64,000 bases of DNA from an uncultured Candidatus Saccharibacteria bacterium (GCA_964518965.1 CAZFJP010000003.1:25508-89507); one strand, 5' to 3'. Shown: positions 9,004 to 19,403, numbered from the stretch's first letter. Notes: generated from the sequence alone by a model not told the origin. A program made the numbers and translations.

Positions 9004-9100
9004 TAAACAACTTAAAACTTAAAAATTAAAACGTAAAAGCTAAATCCAAAAGACCCGAATTTACTTTTTAAGTTTTACGTTTTAACTTTTGAGTTGTTTA
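9004..9100. repeat. Heptamer-repeat foldback element between tRNAs
   Basis: taaacaacttaaaacttaaaaattaaaacgtaaaa ... ttttacgtttttaacttttgagttgttta. Confidence 0.8.
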
Positions 9101-9101
9101 C

Positions 9102-9176
9102 GCGGGAGTAGTTCAGTAGTAGAACGCTTCCTTGCCAAGGAAGAGGTCGCGGGTGCGAATCCCGTCTCCCGCTCCA
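9102..9176 (+). tRNA. tRNA-Gly(GCC) with atypical A18/G55
   Basis: GCGGGAG/CTCCCGC acceptor, CTTCC-TTGCCAA-GGAAG, T-loop TGCGAAT, CCA. Confidence 0.93.
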
Positions 9177-9214
9177 ACTAAAACAAATTAAAATAACTTC
9201 TATGTTATTTACAA

Positions 9215-9302
9215 GCCGATGTGGCGGAATGGTAGACGCGGCAGACTTAAAATCTGCTGGGCTTAATCGCCCATGTCGGTTCGACTCCGACCATCGGCAC
9301 CA
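9215..9302 (+). tRNA. tRNA-Leu(TAA)
   Basis: GCCGATG/CATCGGC acceptor, GCAGA-CTTAAAA-TCTGC, long variable arm, CCA. Confidence 0.97.
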
Positions 9303-9426
9303 AGGGTAATTTAAGAGTTAAAACTTAAAATTGAAAGATGCCTTTTCAGAAAGGCGTTTTTTAGTGTCTTTGAGTATGATATAATAGTTCTGTAAGTAAT
9401 TATCCTTAATCAAAAGGGGAGAAACT

Positions 9427-10602
9427 ATGTATAAGAAACGTCTTTTCCTTGTTCTTCTGACTTCGCTTTTCTTGGTCAGTGTCCCTCTTGCTACTTTGGC
9501 AGCGACTTTCAGAACAGGCAATAATGTTACAGTTGGTAGAGATGAAGTTATTAATGGAGATTTGTATGTATCAGGAGGTTCCCTCAATATTGAGGGGTTT
9601 GTAAAGGGTGATGTCTTTGTAGCAGGGCAAACCATTGATGTTGACCATGAGGTTTCTGGAGACTTGTTTGCTGCAGGAACAAATGTTAACATTCGTAGTA
9701 CTATCTGGGATGATGTGAGAGTTTGTGGATCTAATGTTCAACTAGATGCTGGGGTTGGTGATGACATCTTTGCAGTAGGAGCAACAGTTGAGTGCACCGA
9801 AAAATCACTGATTTCGGGTAGTGCATTTTTATCTGGTGGAAATGTGAAAGTATTTGGTGATGTAAAGGGCGATTTAAATGTTTCCGCAACAGCGTTGACT
9901 ATTGAAGGAGTAATCAAGGGTAATGTTAAAGCAACTACCGATAAACTAGTTTTAGGGAAGAATGCTAAAATTGAAGGTGACTTGGAATATACTAGTAAAA
10001 ATGATCTAGAAAAAGCAGAGGGAGCTTTAGTTGTTGGAAAAACTACTCGTCATGAGTCAAAAACTAATGGTAAAATTGCTTGGCTGGGTGGGATTGCCTT
10101 GACAAGCGGTTATTTTCTTTGGAAGTTTGTTTGGTGGGTTGCCTCGTTATTGCTGCTTTTAGTTTTAATTTGGTTGATGCCTAATTTCAGTGTTAGTGTC
10201 GGTAACTATTTAAATAAAAATCCGTGGAAGAGTTTAGGATTTGGGTTACTTGCTCTCATTGTTATTCCAGTTATTGCGGTAATTTTCTGTGTTTTAATTC
10301 TCGGTTTGCCTCTCGGCATTATTATGCTCTTGGCTTATATTGTAATGATTATGATTGCTAAGGCACTGTTCGGTCTTTGGCTTGGTCGCAAGATTCTCTG
10401 GTTGTTTAATAAAAACAAGCGTGGTTATAAACCGCATTTTGTCTGGGCGGCAATCCTTGGTACTTTTGTAGCGACAATTTTATTCATGTTGCCGTTTATC
10501 GGCTGGTTAATCAAGTGGGTGGCGCTCTGGCTGATGTTCGGCGCGTTGATTATTACAACTAAGAATTTGATGAAGAGTTTTAAACGCAAAGGAACGTTAT
10601 AA
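9427..10602 (+). CDS. Bactofilin-like (polymer-forming) beta-helix protein with C-terminal multi-pass membrane domain
   Basis: Signal peptide, repeated V.GD(L/V)F.AG..V.I units, then several TM helices. Confidence 0.8.
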   Translation: MYKKRLFLVLLTSLFLVSVPLATLAATFRTGNNVTVGRDEVINGDLYVSGGSLNIEGFVKGDVFVAGQTIDVDHEVSGDLFAAGTNVNIRSTIWDDVRVCGSNVQLDAGVGDDIFAVGATVECTEKSLISGSAFLSGGNVKVFGDVKGDLNVSATALTIEGVIKGNVKATTDKLVLGKNAKIEGDLEYTSKNDLEKAEGALVVGKTTRHESKTNGKIAWLGGIALTSGYFLWKFVWWVASLLLLLVLIWLMPNFSVSVGNYLNKNPWKSLGFGLLALIVIPVIAVIFCVLILGLPLGIIMLLAYIVMIMIAKALFGLWLGRKILWLFNKNKRGYKPHFVWAAILGTFVATILFMLPFIGWLIKWVALWLMFGALIITTKNLMKSFKRKGTL

Positions 10603-10613
10603 AACCTTATTAG

Positions 10614-10646
10614 AAAAGCCGCTTCTAAATCTGGGGGCGGCTTTTT
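10614..10646 (+). terminator. Intrinsic terminator
   Basis: aaaagccgcttc...gggcggcttttt. Confidence 0.65.
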
Positions 10647-10702
10647 AGTTGAAAAGTTCACCAACTCCTGCTACCCTAGAAATGTCTATTTAAAGCGGAA
10701 AT

Positions 10703-11551
10703 ATGCTCAAAGCTTTGAAAATCTTGTTGACTTTGTTGCTTCTTTTTATCATTGGAGCAGCTTTTGCAATTACCTGGATGATTTATTTCAAAGATTCGGG
10801 TAATCAGGGGGAGAGAGAGACTAAGTTTCCTGAAGTTCAGGAGGATAAGGGTGATTTTCGTTTTGCGGTTTGTGGTGATCCGCATAGTAACTGGAAGGTT
10901 TATAAAAAAGTTTTCCAAAGTGCTCAAAAGAGAAAAGTGAGCTTTTTGATTAATGTTGGTGATCTTACCAGAGTTGGTGCAGAATCAGAATTTTATGAAG
11001 GGAAACGATTAATGGCTGATTTTCCTTATAAAACATACTTGGTGATGGGTGGTCATGACATGACTGGGGAAGGGAGACGCTGGTTTCGGAAGTACTTTGG
11101 TAAGGATCATCAAAGTTTTAATCAGGGCAAAGCGCATTTCGTCGTTTTAAATAATGCCGATCAAAAAGAGGGGATAAGTAAAGATCAGTTGGATTGGTTG
11201 GAGAAAGATTTAGAAGAGAATAACCTGCCATTAAAGTTTGTTTTTGTTCATCAGCCCCTGGCATTTCCTTATGCTGATCCCGAAGAGATAGGTTATTTGA
11301 CAGAAAAATCCCAAGAGGCAGAACAGGATTTGGTGGAAATTCTGAAAAGGAATCACGTGAATGTTGTTTTTGCTGGTCATCTTCATTCTTATCTTACTTA
11401 TCAGTTTGGCGATATTTCTGCTATAATAACAGGGGGAGCGGGTGGACCAATCTACAGTATGCCCTTTTTAGCTGATACTCCCTACCACTATGTTTTAGTG
11501 ACAGTTAAAGGTACTGAGTATTATCCGGAGAAGATTGAAATTAATAACTAA
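10703..11551 (+). CDS. Calcineurin-like metallophosphoesterase, membrane anchored
   Basis: GDPH, GDL, GGHD, HQP, AGHLH motifs. Confidence 0.88.
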   Translation: MLKALKILLTLLLLFIIGAAFAITWMIYFKDSGNQGERETKFPEVQEDKGDFRFAVCGDPHSNWKVYKKVFQSAQKRKVSFLINVGDLTRVGAESEFYEGKRLMADFPYKTYLVMGGHDMTGEGRRWFRKYFGKDHQSFNQGKAHFVVLNNADQKEGISKDQLDWLEKDLEENNLPLKFVFVHQPLAFPYADPEEIGYLTEKSQEAEQDLVEILKRNHVNVVFAGHLHSYLTYQFGDISAIITGGAGGPIYSMPFLADTPYHYVLVTVKGTEYYPEKIEINN

Positions 11552-11627
11552 TGGCTAATGCCTGCCGGTAGACAGGATTGATTAAAAAACATTTCCATTA
11601 TTCATTATCCATTAAATATTATTTTTT

Positions 11628-12095
11628 ATGTTTTCATCTCATTCTGAAAAACCAACCTTTTCCGAGAAGATTAAACAGGAACTGCAAAGAGAAGAAAAAC
11701 CCCAGACAGGTTCTTATACTCTGTTGCTACTTTTAGTTTTACTGCTTATTGCTTTAGTCTTCTTTTTTGTGGCGCTGATTAAGAATTGTACCACCGAGAA
11801 AGTAGCTGAAAGTGAAACAACTACTCCCGCAGCAGAACAATCTACTACGCCAAATAATCAAAATGAAGAGGCGATTGAAAATTCTGCTGAGGAAGAGATA
11901 ACTCCCGAAACTTCCAATTCTGGTCAGACCTATACGATTCAAGCTGGGGATACGCTCTTTGAAATTGGACAGAAGTTTGGTATAGATTGGAAAAAGATTG
12001 CCAAGGTTAATAGTCTTGAAGCTCCCTATAATCTCACTGTTGGGAAAACCTTGGTTATTCCGCCAAAGGAAAGCAGTGGTGGAACTACGCGGTAG
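11628..12095 (+). CDS. LysM domain membrane protein
   Basis: TM helix, linker, YTIQAGDTLFEIGQKFGIDWKKIAKVNSL....L.VG..LVIP. Confidence 0.9.
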   Translation: MFSSHSEKPTFSEKIKQELQREEKPQTGSYTLLLLLVLLLIALVFFFVALIKNCTTEKVAESETTTPAAEQSTTPNNQNEEAIENSAEEEITPETSNSGQTYTIQAGDTLFEIGQKFGIDWKKIAKVNSLEAPYNLTVGKTLVIPPKESSGGTTR

Positions 12096-12211
12096 AATCC
12101 TGTATGAGGTTTCGCCATGCGGCGGGACGACCTGTGTTAATGAAATACTGAAAGCTAGTATTGGTTAGAATCGTTTTTGATAGTTGTAAGTCCGAATGGG
12201 CTTACACAGCC

Positions 12212-12288
12212 GGGCTTGTAGCTCAGTTGGTTAGAGCGTTCGCTTGACGTGCGAAAGGTCAGAGGTTCAACTCCTCTCAGGCCCACCA
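12212..12288 (+). tRNA. tRNA-Val(GAC)
   Basis: GGGCTTG/CAGGCCC acceptor, TTCGC-TTGACGT-GCGAA, CCA. Confidence 0.97.
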
Positions 12289-12330
12289 TTTCAAACTTAA
12301 AACTTGAAATGTAAAACTTAAAGGGATTAT

Positions 12331-12834
12331 ATGGAGAAGGAATCTGAATATAATTGGAGAGAAAGATTGATCGAGAAAGGAAAAGAGATTGTTGAGCGAG
12401 TTGATGCGGAGACAAACGCCCAAGATTTCATTGATGTTGTAAGAAAGAGAAACGAAAAGGACTTGGGGTCTGGTTTAGGAGAGGACACTATTTCTAGCAA
12501 GGGAATAGCGGAAGCGCTTCCGATTGCAACAAAGATTGATGAAGTGAATGATTTTTATCGTAATTTTTCCAGTTTAGTTAGGAGACATCCGGAATTGGAA
12601 GGGAAAACATTGATTGATTTACTTTCACATGGAAAGAATCCTTTACGGGTAAGAAGATTACTTTCAAAAGGGGTTGAAGATCTGGTTAAAGATATTGACT
12701 GGGGAAGATACTTACTTAAAATTCGTGATTATCTTAGTCGTAAATTTCCTGAGGCAGGTATTCGAAGAGAGGAGGTAAAAGGACCAGAGGGAAAGATTGA
12801 AATTGAAATTGATGATTTCTTTAATTCGGATTGA
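12331..12834 (+). CDS. Hypothetical protein
   Basis: 167-aa ATG ORF, charged helical composition, followed by a hairpin. Confidence 0.65.
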   Translation: MEKESEYNWRERLIEKGKEIVERVDAETNAQDFIDVVRKRNEKDLGSGLGEDTISSKGIAEALPIATKIDEVNDFYRNFSSLVRRHPELEGKTLIDLLSHGKNPLRVRRLLSKGVEDLVKDIDWGRYLLKIRDYLSRKFPEAGIRREEVKGPEGKIEIEIDDFFNSD

Positions 12835-12895
12835 AGTTACTAAAAACAGAGTTTTCACTGACTCTGTTTTTTGTTTGGCCTGAATTGCTTGAAAA

Positions 12896-14617
12896 CTATC
12901 TCATCACTTTCTTTTCCTTAATCGTTACGCGGAAGCCTTTTTTCTCTAAATATTTTCCTAGAAGTAATCTTGTTTGGGAATCAAGAGCCGGGAGGGAGCT
13001 GAAAAGGATAGTGAAAATTGGGAAAATTGCCCATTGCGGAATAAAAATAAAGCGCTTCCAGAAGGGATAATTTTTAGGCTGGGGAGGGAGAAGTAATAAG
13101 CTGATGATTATTGATACTACTAACCCGATCATAGCACAGCTTAAAACAATGTTTCCTATCAAGGGATAATTATAACCCATTATTGTTTTGCTAAAATTAT
13201 GACTGGCGACGAGAGGCGCCCAGCTGACAATGGAAAGAAAGAGTGGCATTGTTGCCCAAGTGAGAAACGATTCAAAGATACGGTAAGTTTGTAAGACTTT
13301 ACGCCAGAGTGGAATTTTATTATCTAGCAAATTATTTTTTAAAACGAAAGGAATATCAATTACTCCCCAAGACCAACGCCGCAATTGTAAATATTGTTCT
13401 TTAATTGTTTTAAAGTAATTCTCCGCTAGTACCGCATCTAGGTAAACGGGAATGTGAAGCGGAACTAAACCAACTTTTCCTTTGTAGTGAAAGAACACCT
13501 GCCAGTAGATACGTGAGTCATCGGGAATAATTGTTTTATCCCAGTAACCGACGTCTTGGAGCGCTTTCAGTCCTATAGCGTGGCTGGAAAAAATGCGCAT
13601 TCGTTCCGGTCGTAATGATTCAATCATCAACCAGAAGGAGCTGCCGATTGCTGCTAAGCGGTTAACTGCCGGTACGTCCCAAATGCGATTAAAGAGCATA
13701 ATGCTAGGTTGGTAGGTATGGCATTCCCGTTTTTTGGTAGCAAGATATTTAAAGGTAAGGCAGGCAAAATACTGCGGGTGAACGCGAGTATCACAATCCA
13801 TTGCCGAGACAATTACCTGTTCAGGTTTAATTTTTTTCTGGACTAAAAACTTTTCGGCATATCGAACAGCGTAAGTAGTATTAGCACTTTTTACTTTGTT
13901 TTCGCCGGGGAGATCTTTGGGGTGAATTGTTGCCATAAACTTGCCGAATTTATTTCCAAAACGTTTCTTAAGTGCGTGAATATTCTGTTTTGCTCGACTA
14001 AGTGCTCGCTCTTCTGTTGCAAGAACAAAAATAATTCGATCTTTGGGATACTTTGTTTTAGCGAGTGCTTCTAGAGAAGGAATAAGAACGTGAAGTTTTT
14101 CGTTGTAAGTAGGAATAATAACTAAATGATAAATTGAGCGCCAAGAGGGAACATCACGTCCTAGTTTTTTTAATTTTAGTAATTCTTTTTTCTGATCTAG
14201 CAGTAAACGGTATTTTTCAAAGGGTTCTTTCTTTACGCCCAGATGAAACGGTCCTTTTTGTTTTGGATTAAAGTCATATTCTTTTTCCAAAAATCTCAAC
14301 TTATTATTAATTTGTTTTAGCGAAGTGGTTAGTTGAGATGATTTTTTGCAGAGTGATAACCAGTCAATTGCAGCAGTTTTGTGGACTTTAAAATAACCAA
14401 GGATAAGATAGGTTGAGATAGAGACAACACGAAAAAACCAAAAAAGGTCAAAAATAATGACAATGTAAGCGACAATTACTGGTGTAAAGAAAGCAAAAAC
14501 AATTGGCAAAGTTAAAATAGAATATGAAAGAAGAGCGGGAATCATCTCCATAAAACGGTAAAACTCGCTGTTTTGAGCGAGTTGGTATTTAAATTTCTGC
14601 CAATTACTTCTTGGCAT
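12896..14617 (-). CDS. Membrane glycosyltransferase family 2 (cellulose-synthase-like)
   Basis: IIPTYNE, K.AN, DCD, PDD and QLRRW motifs, TM helices at both ends; start taken at MPRSNW (could be 14644). Confidence 0.85.
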   Translation of the reverse strand: MPRSNWQKFKYQLAQNSEFYRFMEMIPALLSYSILTLPIVFAFFTPVIVAYIVIIFDLFWFFRVVSISTYLILGYFKVHKTAAIDWLSLCKKSSQLTTSLKQINNKLRFLEKEYDFNPKQKGPFHLGVKKEPFEKYRLLLDQKKELLKLKKLGRDVPSWRSIYHLVIIPTYNEKLHVLIPSLEALAKTKYPKDRIIFVLATEERALSRAKQNIHALKKRFGNKFGKFMATIHPKDLPGENKVKSANTTYAVRYAEKFLVQKKIKPEQVIVSAMDCDTRVHPQYFACLTFKYLATKKRECHTYQPSIMLFNRIWDVPAVNRLAAIGSSFWLMIESLRPERMRIFSSHAIGLKALQDVGYWDKTIIPDDSRIYWQVFFHYKGKVGLVPLHIPVYLDAVLAENYFKTIKEQYLQLRRWSWGVIDIPFVLKNNLLDNKIPLWRKVLQTYRIFESFLTWATMPLFLSIVSWAPLVASHNFSKTIMGYNYPLIGNIVLSCAMIGLVVSIIISLLLLPPQPKNYPFWKRFIFIPQWAIFPIFTILFSSLPALDSQTRLLLGKYLEKKGFRVTIKEKKVMR

Positions 14618-15257
14618 TGAGGCGTTGTTTAATTTCTTTATCAATCTTAGTTTGAATTAGATCCAAGAAATTTGCCAGACGATCAAGGGTAGAATTGTTG
14701 TTAACAATAATGTCAGCGTAGCGTTTGGTCGGTTCAACATAGAGTTTATACATTGGTGCGGCACTTTTGAGATATTGGGTGATAGAATATTTCAGAGAAC
14801 GGTCACGTTCTTTTAGGTCACGTTCTAGGCGACGAGCAAGACGGACATCTGTATCGGCATCAATAAAAATTTTTAGATCCATCATTTTCCGTACAAGCGG
14901 ATTACTTAAAGCAAGAATTCCTTCAATAATGATCACTGGTTTAGGATCAGCGGGGATTGTTTCCTTCCGGCGGGCATGGGTGAAGAAGTTATAAAGTGGC
15001 ATACGGATTTTTTTGCCGGCAATTAATTTTTTAAGATGAGAGATGAATAAGCGGTTATCAACAGATCCGGGGTAGTCAAAGTTCTTAGTAATTGCTTTCT
15101 TCTTGGGGATTTCCCCGTAGGCCTTGTAGTAATTATCGTGGGTGATTAAGAGAATGTTATTAGGATGACTTTCTTTCAAGATCTCAGCTACGGCGGTCTT
15201 TCCGGAGGCAGTTCCACCGGCGATGCCAATGATGTAGGGTTTTTTGGCCTTTGTCAT
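14604..15257 (-). CDS. udk: Uridine kinase
   Basis: IGIAGGTASGKT, DNYY, NFDYP, IIEGIL, RRLERD, YVEPTKRYAD; start at MTKAKKP. Confidence 0.93.
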   Translation of the reverse strand: MTKAKKPYIIGIAGGTASGKTAVAEILKESHPNNILLITHDNYYKAYGEIPKKKAITKNFDYPGSVDNRLFISHLKKLIAGKKIRMPLYNFFTHARRKETIPADPKPVIIIEGILALSNPLVRKMMDLKIFIDADTDVRLARRLERDLKERDRSLKYSITQYLKSAAPMYKLYVEPTKRYADIIVNNNSTLDRLANFLDLIQTKIDKEIKQRLNAKK

Positions 15258-15366
15258 AAAAGTTAACTTAAAAAGAAGTTGTGTTTCATTCTTATTTATT
15301 ATACAATAAGCTCTTCCAGAATAAAAACGAGCATCATAAGAAAAGGAGAGAAAAGGAGGTAGTACT

Positions 15367-15798
15367 TTGACAAAAGAACCTACCGCTGCGGACATCTTTT
15401 TTCAGCTAGAAGTTTACCTTCCTAGCTTTGACATTGTTGAAATGGTCTACGAAATGTTTCTTGACCTGATCTTGTTCCGAGGCAAGCTTGTTTTCTTTGA
15501 GGATCTTCCTCAACAGCTGGCAGACCGGCTTGTGAAGGCGATTCAGCAGGGTAAGGGCGCTACTCCAGTTGGAGGAACAGTTCTCCAAGGACGCCAGGCG
15601 TTTCTCCGTGCTCTTGAGGAGATTCATCATTTTTATTTTCTTTCCCTGATTTCTGATAAGGAAGGAATTCGCCAGAGGGCAGTGGAATTGCTCGGCGAGG
15701 CGCGAGAGTTTTTCCATCGTGCTGGCAAAGAGTATCCTCACGTTGCTCTCTGTCGTCTTCTCATTGATCTTCTCAAACGTCAAAATAAAGTCCCCTAA
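15367..15798 (+). CDS. Hypothetical protein
   Basis: aggaggt RBS before TTG start; aagtcccc-taa-ggggactt terminator overlapping the stop. Confidence 0.65.
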   Translation: MTKEPTAADIFFQLEVYLPSFDIVEMVYEMFLDLILFRGKLVFFEDLPQQLADRLVKAIQQGKGATPVGGTVLQGRQAFLRALEEIHHFYFLSLISDKEGIRQRAVELLGEAREFFHRAGKEYPHVALCRLLIDLLKRQNKVP

Positions 15799-15914
15799 GG
15801 GGACTTTTTAATTAAAAACAGGCCAGACTATAACCAGAAGTTTCGTTTGACTGCGTTAAGCTTAGAAACTCTGCTGTGTTGTTTTTCTCTTGACTTGCTT
15901 TAGTGGTGATCTGC

Positions 15915-16013
15915 TAAACTTTCGTCAATGATTCAAATCAAAACTTGCTAAATATCAAGACACATTGATATTAGATTATGTCTTGATTAATAATCATCAA
16001 TGATGAAGGTTTA
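15915..16013. repeat. ~100-nt hairpin element, copy 2, abutting the tmRNA CCA end
   Basis: taaactttcgtcaatgattcaaatcaaaac ... gtcttgattaataatcatcaatgatgaaggttta. Confidence 0.75.
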
Positions 16014-16015
16014 TC

Positions 16016-16399
16016 TGGTGGAGGTGGGGGGAATTGAACCCCCGTCCAAGAGAGTAAACTAACAATATCTACAAGCTTAGTTATTTTAGTTTGATTCAGA
16101 TTGAAAACTTATCCCGCAGACGGGACCCCGCTATGCAGGGAAAAATAACAAAAAATTTTCAATCCTATTCCTAAAGATTTAACTGATTAACAAGGAAAAA
16201 TTAATCAGCGATCCCATGTTTGACGTCTTTTTCCTTCTTATGGGAGAAGAAGGAAAGACGGCTGTCACGCTAAATTAGGCAACAGCGGGTGCAAAATTTG
16301 TTCTTGCACTTAAAAATTGAAAGTTGAGTTTACGAGCCCACTTTCACACTCGGCTTGCATTGTTAATTTACAAAACTCCTGTCGAAACCTGTCACCCCC
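16016..16399 (-). ncRNA. ssrA: tmRNA; tag (A)ARTNFAPAVA
   Basis: 5' GGGGGTGACAGGTTTCGAC, 3' GGGTTCAATTCCCCCCACCTCCACCA, G-U acceptor pair, internal tag frame ending AVA-stop. Confidence 0.96.
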
Positions 16400-16474
16400 A
16401 GTAAGGGTAAGAGTTAAAAGGTAAAGAGGAGAATTTTGGGTTTTGATTTTACTTTTACTTTTTACCTTTTTCCT

Positions 16475-17119
16475 TTAACCTGGCCAGAAGATGAGAAAAT
16501 GTTCGATCGCGTTTGCAACCGGCAGAATAATCCGGCCAAAGAGGGGAATGTTCATAACCGTGGAGAGAATAATAATTCCGAGTAGTACAAACGGACCGAC
16601 TCGTTCAATCTCGATCATTATGTTCTCAAATGATCTTGGTGCAATAGCAACGAGGATTTTGGAACCGTCCAAAGGAGGGATAGGAATCAGATTAAAAATT
16701 GCCAGAATTAAGTTCAGTGCAATAATTGCTTGGAGAAACTGGAATATCAGAAGGGGAAGAGGCAGATTGATCAGAATCAGTAAACGGATAGTTAACCCGA
16801 AAATGGTTGCAACTATTAAGTTACTAAATGGTCCAGAAAGAGCGGTTAGAAGGTTACCCCATTTTCCATAACGAATATTATAAGGATTAATAGGAACTGG
16901 TTTTCCCCAACCAAAACCGACCAAAAAAAGCATGATTGTTCCCAAAGGGTCTAAGTGGGCAAGAGGATTTAAAGTTATTCTACCTTCCAGTTTAGCAGTA
17001 ATGTCGCCTAGTTTATAGGCCGAGAAAGCATGAGCGAATTCGTGTACACTAATTCCAACAACCAGAGCGACTACCCAGCCGATAAAGAAAGTAGGATTAG
17101 AAAATAGGTATTCTAGCAT
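16475..17119 (-). CDS. Site-2 protease (M50 family)
   Basis: HEFAH, NPLAHLDP, FNLIPIPPLDG motifs, multi-pass membrane. Confidence 0.93.
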   Translation of the reverse strand: MLEYLFSNPTFFIGWVVALVVGISVHEFAHAFSAYKLGDITAKLEGRITLNPLAHLDPLGTIMLFLVGFGWGKPVPINPYNIRYGKWGNLLTALSGPFSNLIVATIFGLTIRLLILINLPLPLLIFQFLQAIIALNLILAIFNLIPIPPLDGSKILVAIAPRSFENIMIEIERVGPFVLLGIIILSTVMNIPLFGRIILPVANAIEHFLIFWPG

Positions 17120-17303
17120 TGAATTAGTTCAAAACTTAAAACTCAGAATGAAGAAGTTGAATCAAACTTTATTTTATGCTAATCTGTGAGGTGCAGTTAT
17201 AATAAAAACAAAAATTGCCTTTTTATTATACTTAATTTCGGCTAAAAAGTCAATTCTGCCACGAGGGCAGGATTCCGCTCTACGGGAGAAAGGGATAGAA
17301 AAA

Positions 17304-17507
17304 ATGGGAAAATTTTGTGCTATTTGTGGAAGAGGTAAACAAGTAGGTTACAATGTTAGTCATTCGCATCGGAAAACGAAGCGTTCTTTTGGAGTTAATC
17401 TTCAAAAGAAGGTAGTTGTTTTCCAAAATCGTGTTTCTCGCAGAGGCACAGTTAAGAGACGCGTTCTTGTTTGTACAAGTTGTCTCAAAAATCAAATGAA
17501 AGCTTAA
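17304..17507 (+). CDS. rpmB: 50S ribosomal protein L28
   Basis: CAICGRG..VG.NVSHSHRKTKR.F.VNLQ...VCTSCLK. Confidence 0.95.
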   Translation: MGKFCAICGRGKQVGYNVSHSHRKTKRSFGVNLQKKVVVFQNRVSRRGTVKRRVLVCTSCLKNQMKA

Positions 17508-17519
17508 CGATTAGGTTTT

Positions 17520-19301
17520 ATGATTATAATAAGAAGAGATCCAATTTCAAGACTTAGATCTCCTCGAGATGGCGAAAAAGGATCTTTTTTTAGTAAGCTC
17601 TTTAATAAATTCTCTTTTTTCCGGTATTATCTCAAGTTAGTCCCAGCTACCTTAACACGAAGAGATAAAATTATTGTTACTATTCTTATATGGGTGATTT
17701 TAATTTCTGTAATGGGATTAGGTTTGCGATTTTATTTAAATCACTCTCATATTGTGCCGGCAAGTGGCGGTAGTTATGTTGAGGGAGTTGTTGGCAAACC
17801 AAAATATATCAATCCCCTTCTGTGTCAAACTAATGATGCTGACCGTGATCTTTGTAGTTTGATTTTTGCTGGTCTTGTCAAATATAATGTCAATCGGCAA
17901 ATTGAAGGAGATCTTGCCGAAAAATGGAAGGTTGATAGGTCAGGAAGAATTTATACTTTTTATTTAAAGGATAATCTCAAGTGGCAAGACGGCCAGGAGC
18001 TTACTGCTTACGATGTTGTCTTTACGATTCAATTAATTCAACATCCTGATTACCCTGGAACTCTAAAAACTAGCTGGAACAAGGTAAAGGTGAAAGCATT
18101 AGATAAGAAAACTGTTTGCTTTACTCTTCAAGATGCCTATACTGACTTTTTATCTAATGCTATGGTGGGGATTTTACCCAAGCATCTTTGGGAAAAGGTT
18201 GATCCAAAGAATTTATTAACTGCTGAGCGTAACCTCAATCCAGTTGGTGCGGGACCCTATCGCTATAAGGAGTTGCAGATTAAGGAAGCAGAAAATCTTG
18301 TTATGGTACGACTTGTTAGGTTTAATGATTATCGGGGTAAGAAACCCTATCTCGATGAAATTACTTTGCGGTTTTATCCTGATTTGGAACGGCTGCGGAC
18401 TGCTTTAAGCAAAAAAGAATTTGAAGGCACTTTTGATCTCAAGGGGAAAGAAGCACGAAAATTAACCCAAGATTTAGGTTATCCAGAATACCATTTTGGC
18501 ACTCCTCAGTACATTGCGGTTTTCTTTAATCAGCAGAAGAGTGACATTTTGGAAGATCCACTAGTACGTAAGGCTCTTAATTTAAGTGTTGAGCGTAATA
18601 AAATTATTCGAGAAATTTTTGACGGCGAAGCGAATCTAATCAACTCGCCAATTCTCTCACACTTTCCCGGTTTTCAGAAGTCTTTTGCCCGCAATCCGTA
18701 TAACTCAAGGCAGGCGCAAAAATTACTTTTACAAGCGGGATTTCGTCTTAACAAGCAAACCGGTGTTAGAGAAAAGGCCGGGAAAAAATTGGCATTTAGT
18801 TTAGTAACGAGTGACCAAGACGAATTTATTCGGGTTGCGGAGAGTTTACGTAGTGATTTTGAGAAAGTCGGCGTGGAAGTGAGTTTGAAAATCTATACCG
18901 TTGGTTCAATTCAGCAGGATCAGATTCGCCCCCGTGACTATCAAGCACTGCTCTTTGGTGAGAACCTTGGACCGGATTCAGATTTGTATCCTTTCTGGCA
19001 TTCTACTCAGGTTAGTGATCCTGGTTTAAACTTGTCGCTTTTCAGTAATTCTGAAGCTGATATTTTACTTGAAGCCAATCGCCAAACTAGGAGTTTGAAG
19101 CAAAAAGGTCGTAATAATCAAGAGTTGTTTAAGATTTTTAGTCGGGAGATACCTGCAATTTTTCTCGTTAACCCAACTAAAAAGTATCTAATTTCCTCAA
19201 GAATTAAAGGAATTCGGGAGGGAATGGTAGCAACACCGGCGGATCGTTTCCTTGGGATTAGTGAGTGGTATATTAGAGGTGAGAGAGAGTGGGGGAAATA
19301 G
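17520..19301 (+). CDS. ABC transporter peptide substrate-binding protein (family 5)
   Basis: INPL, LIF.GLV, DLAEKW, YTFYLK..LKWQDG..LTA.DVVFT, PVGAGPY. Confidence 0.9.
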   Translation: MIIIRRDPISRLRSPRDGEKGSFFSKLFNKFSFFRYYLKLVPATLTRRDKIIVTILIWVILISVMGLGLRFYLNHSHIVPASGGSYVEGVVGKPKYINPLLCQTNDADRDLCSLIFAGLVKYNVNRQIEGDLAEKWKVDRSGRIYTFYLKDNLKWQDGQELTAYDVVFTIQLIQHPDYPGTLKTSWNKVKVKALDKKTVCFTLQDAYTDFLSNAMVGILPKHLWEKVDPKNLLTAERNLNPVGAGPYRYKELQIKEAENLVMVRLVRFNDYRGKKPYLDEITLRFYPDLERLRTALSKKEFEGTFDLKGKEARKLTQDLGYPEYHFGTPQYIAVFFNQQKSDILEDPLVRKALNLSVERNKIIREIFDGEANLINSPILSHFPGFQKSFARNPYNSRQAQKLLLQAGFRLNKQTGVREKAGKKLAFSLVTSDQDEFIRVAESLRSDFEKVGVEVSLKIYTVGSIQQDQIRPRDYQALLFGENLGPDSDLYPFWHSTQVSDPGLNLSLFSNSEADILLEANRQTRSLKQKGRNNQELFKIFSREIPAIFLVNPTKKYLISSRIKGIREGMVATPADRFLGISEWYIRGEREWGK

Positions 19302-19403
19302 AGACAAAAATCAAAGGTAAAAATAAAGGATTGTTTGAATCATGAGATCTTTAGTCCAAATTTTTACCTTTTGTTTTCACTTTTGTTTTTTTGATTTTTA
19401 GCC

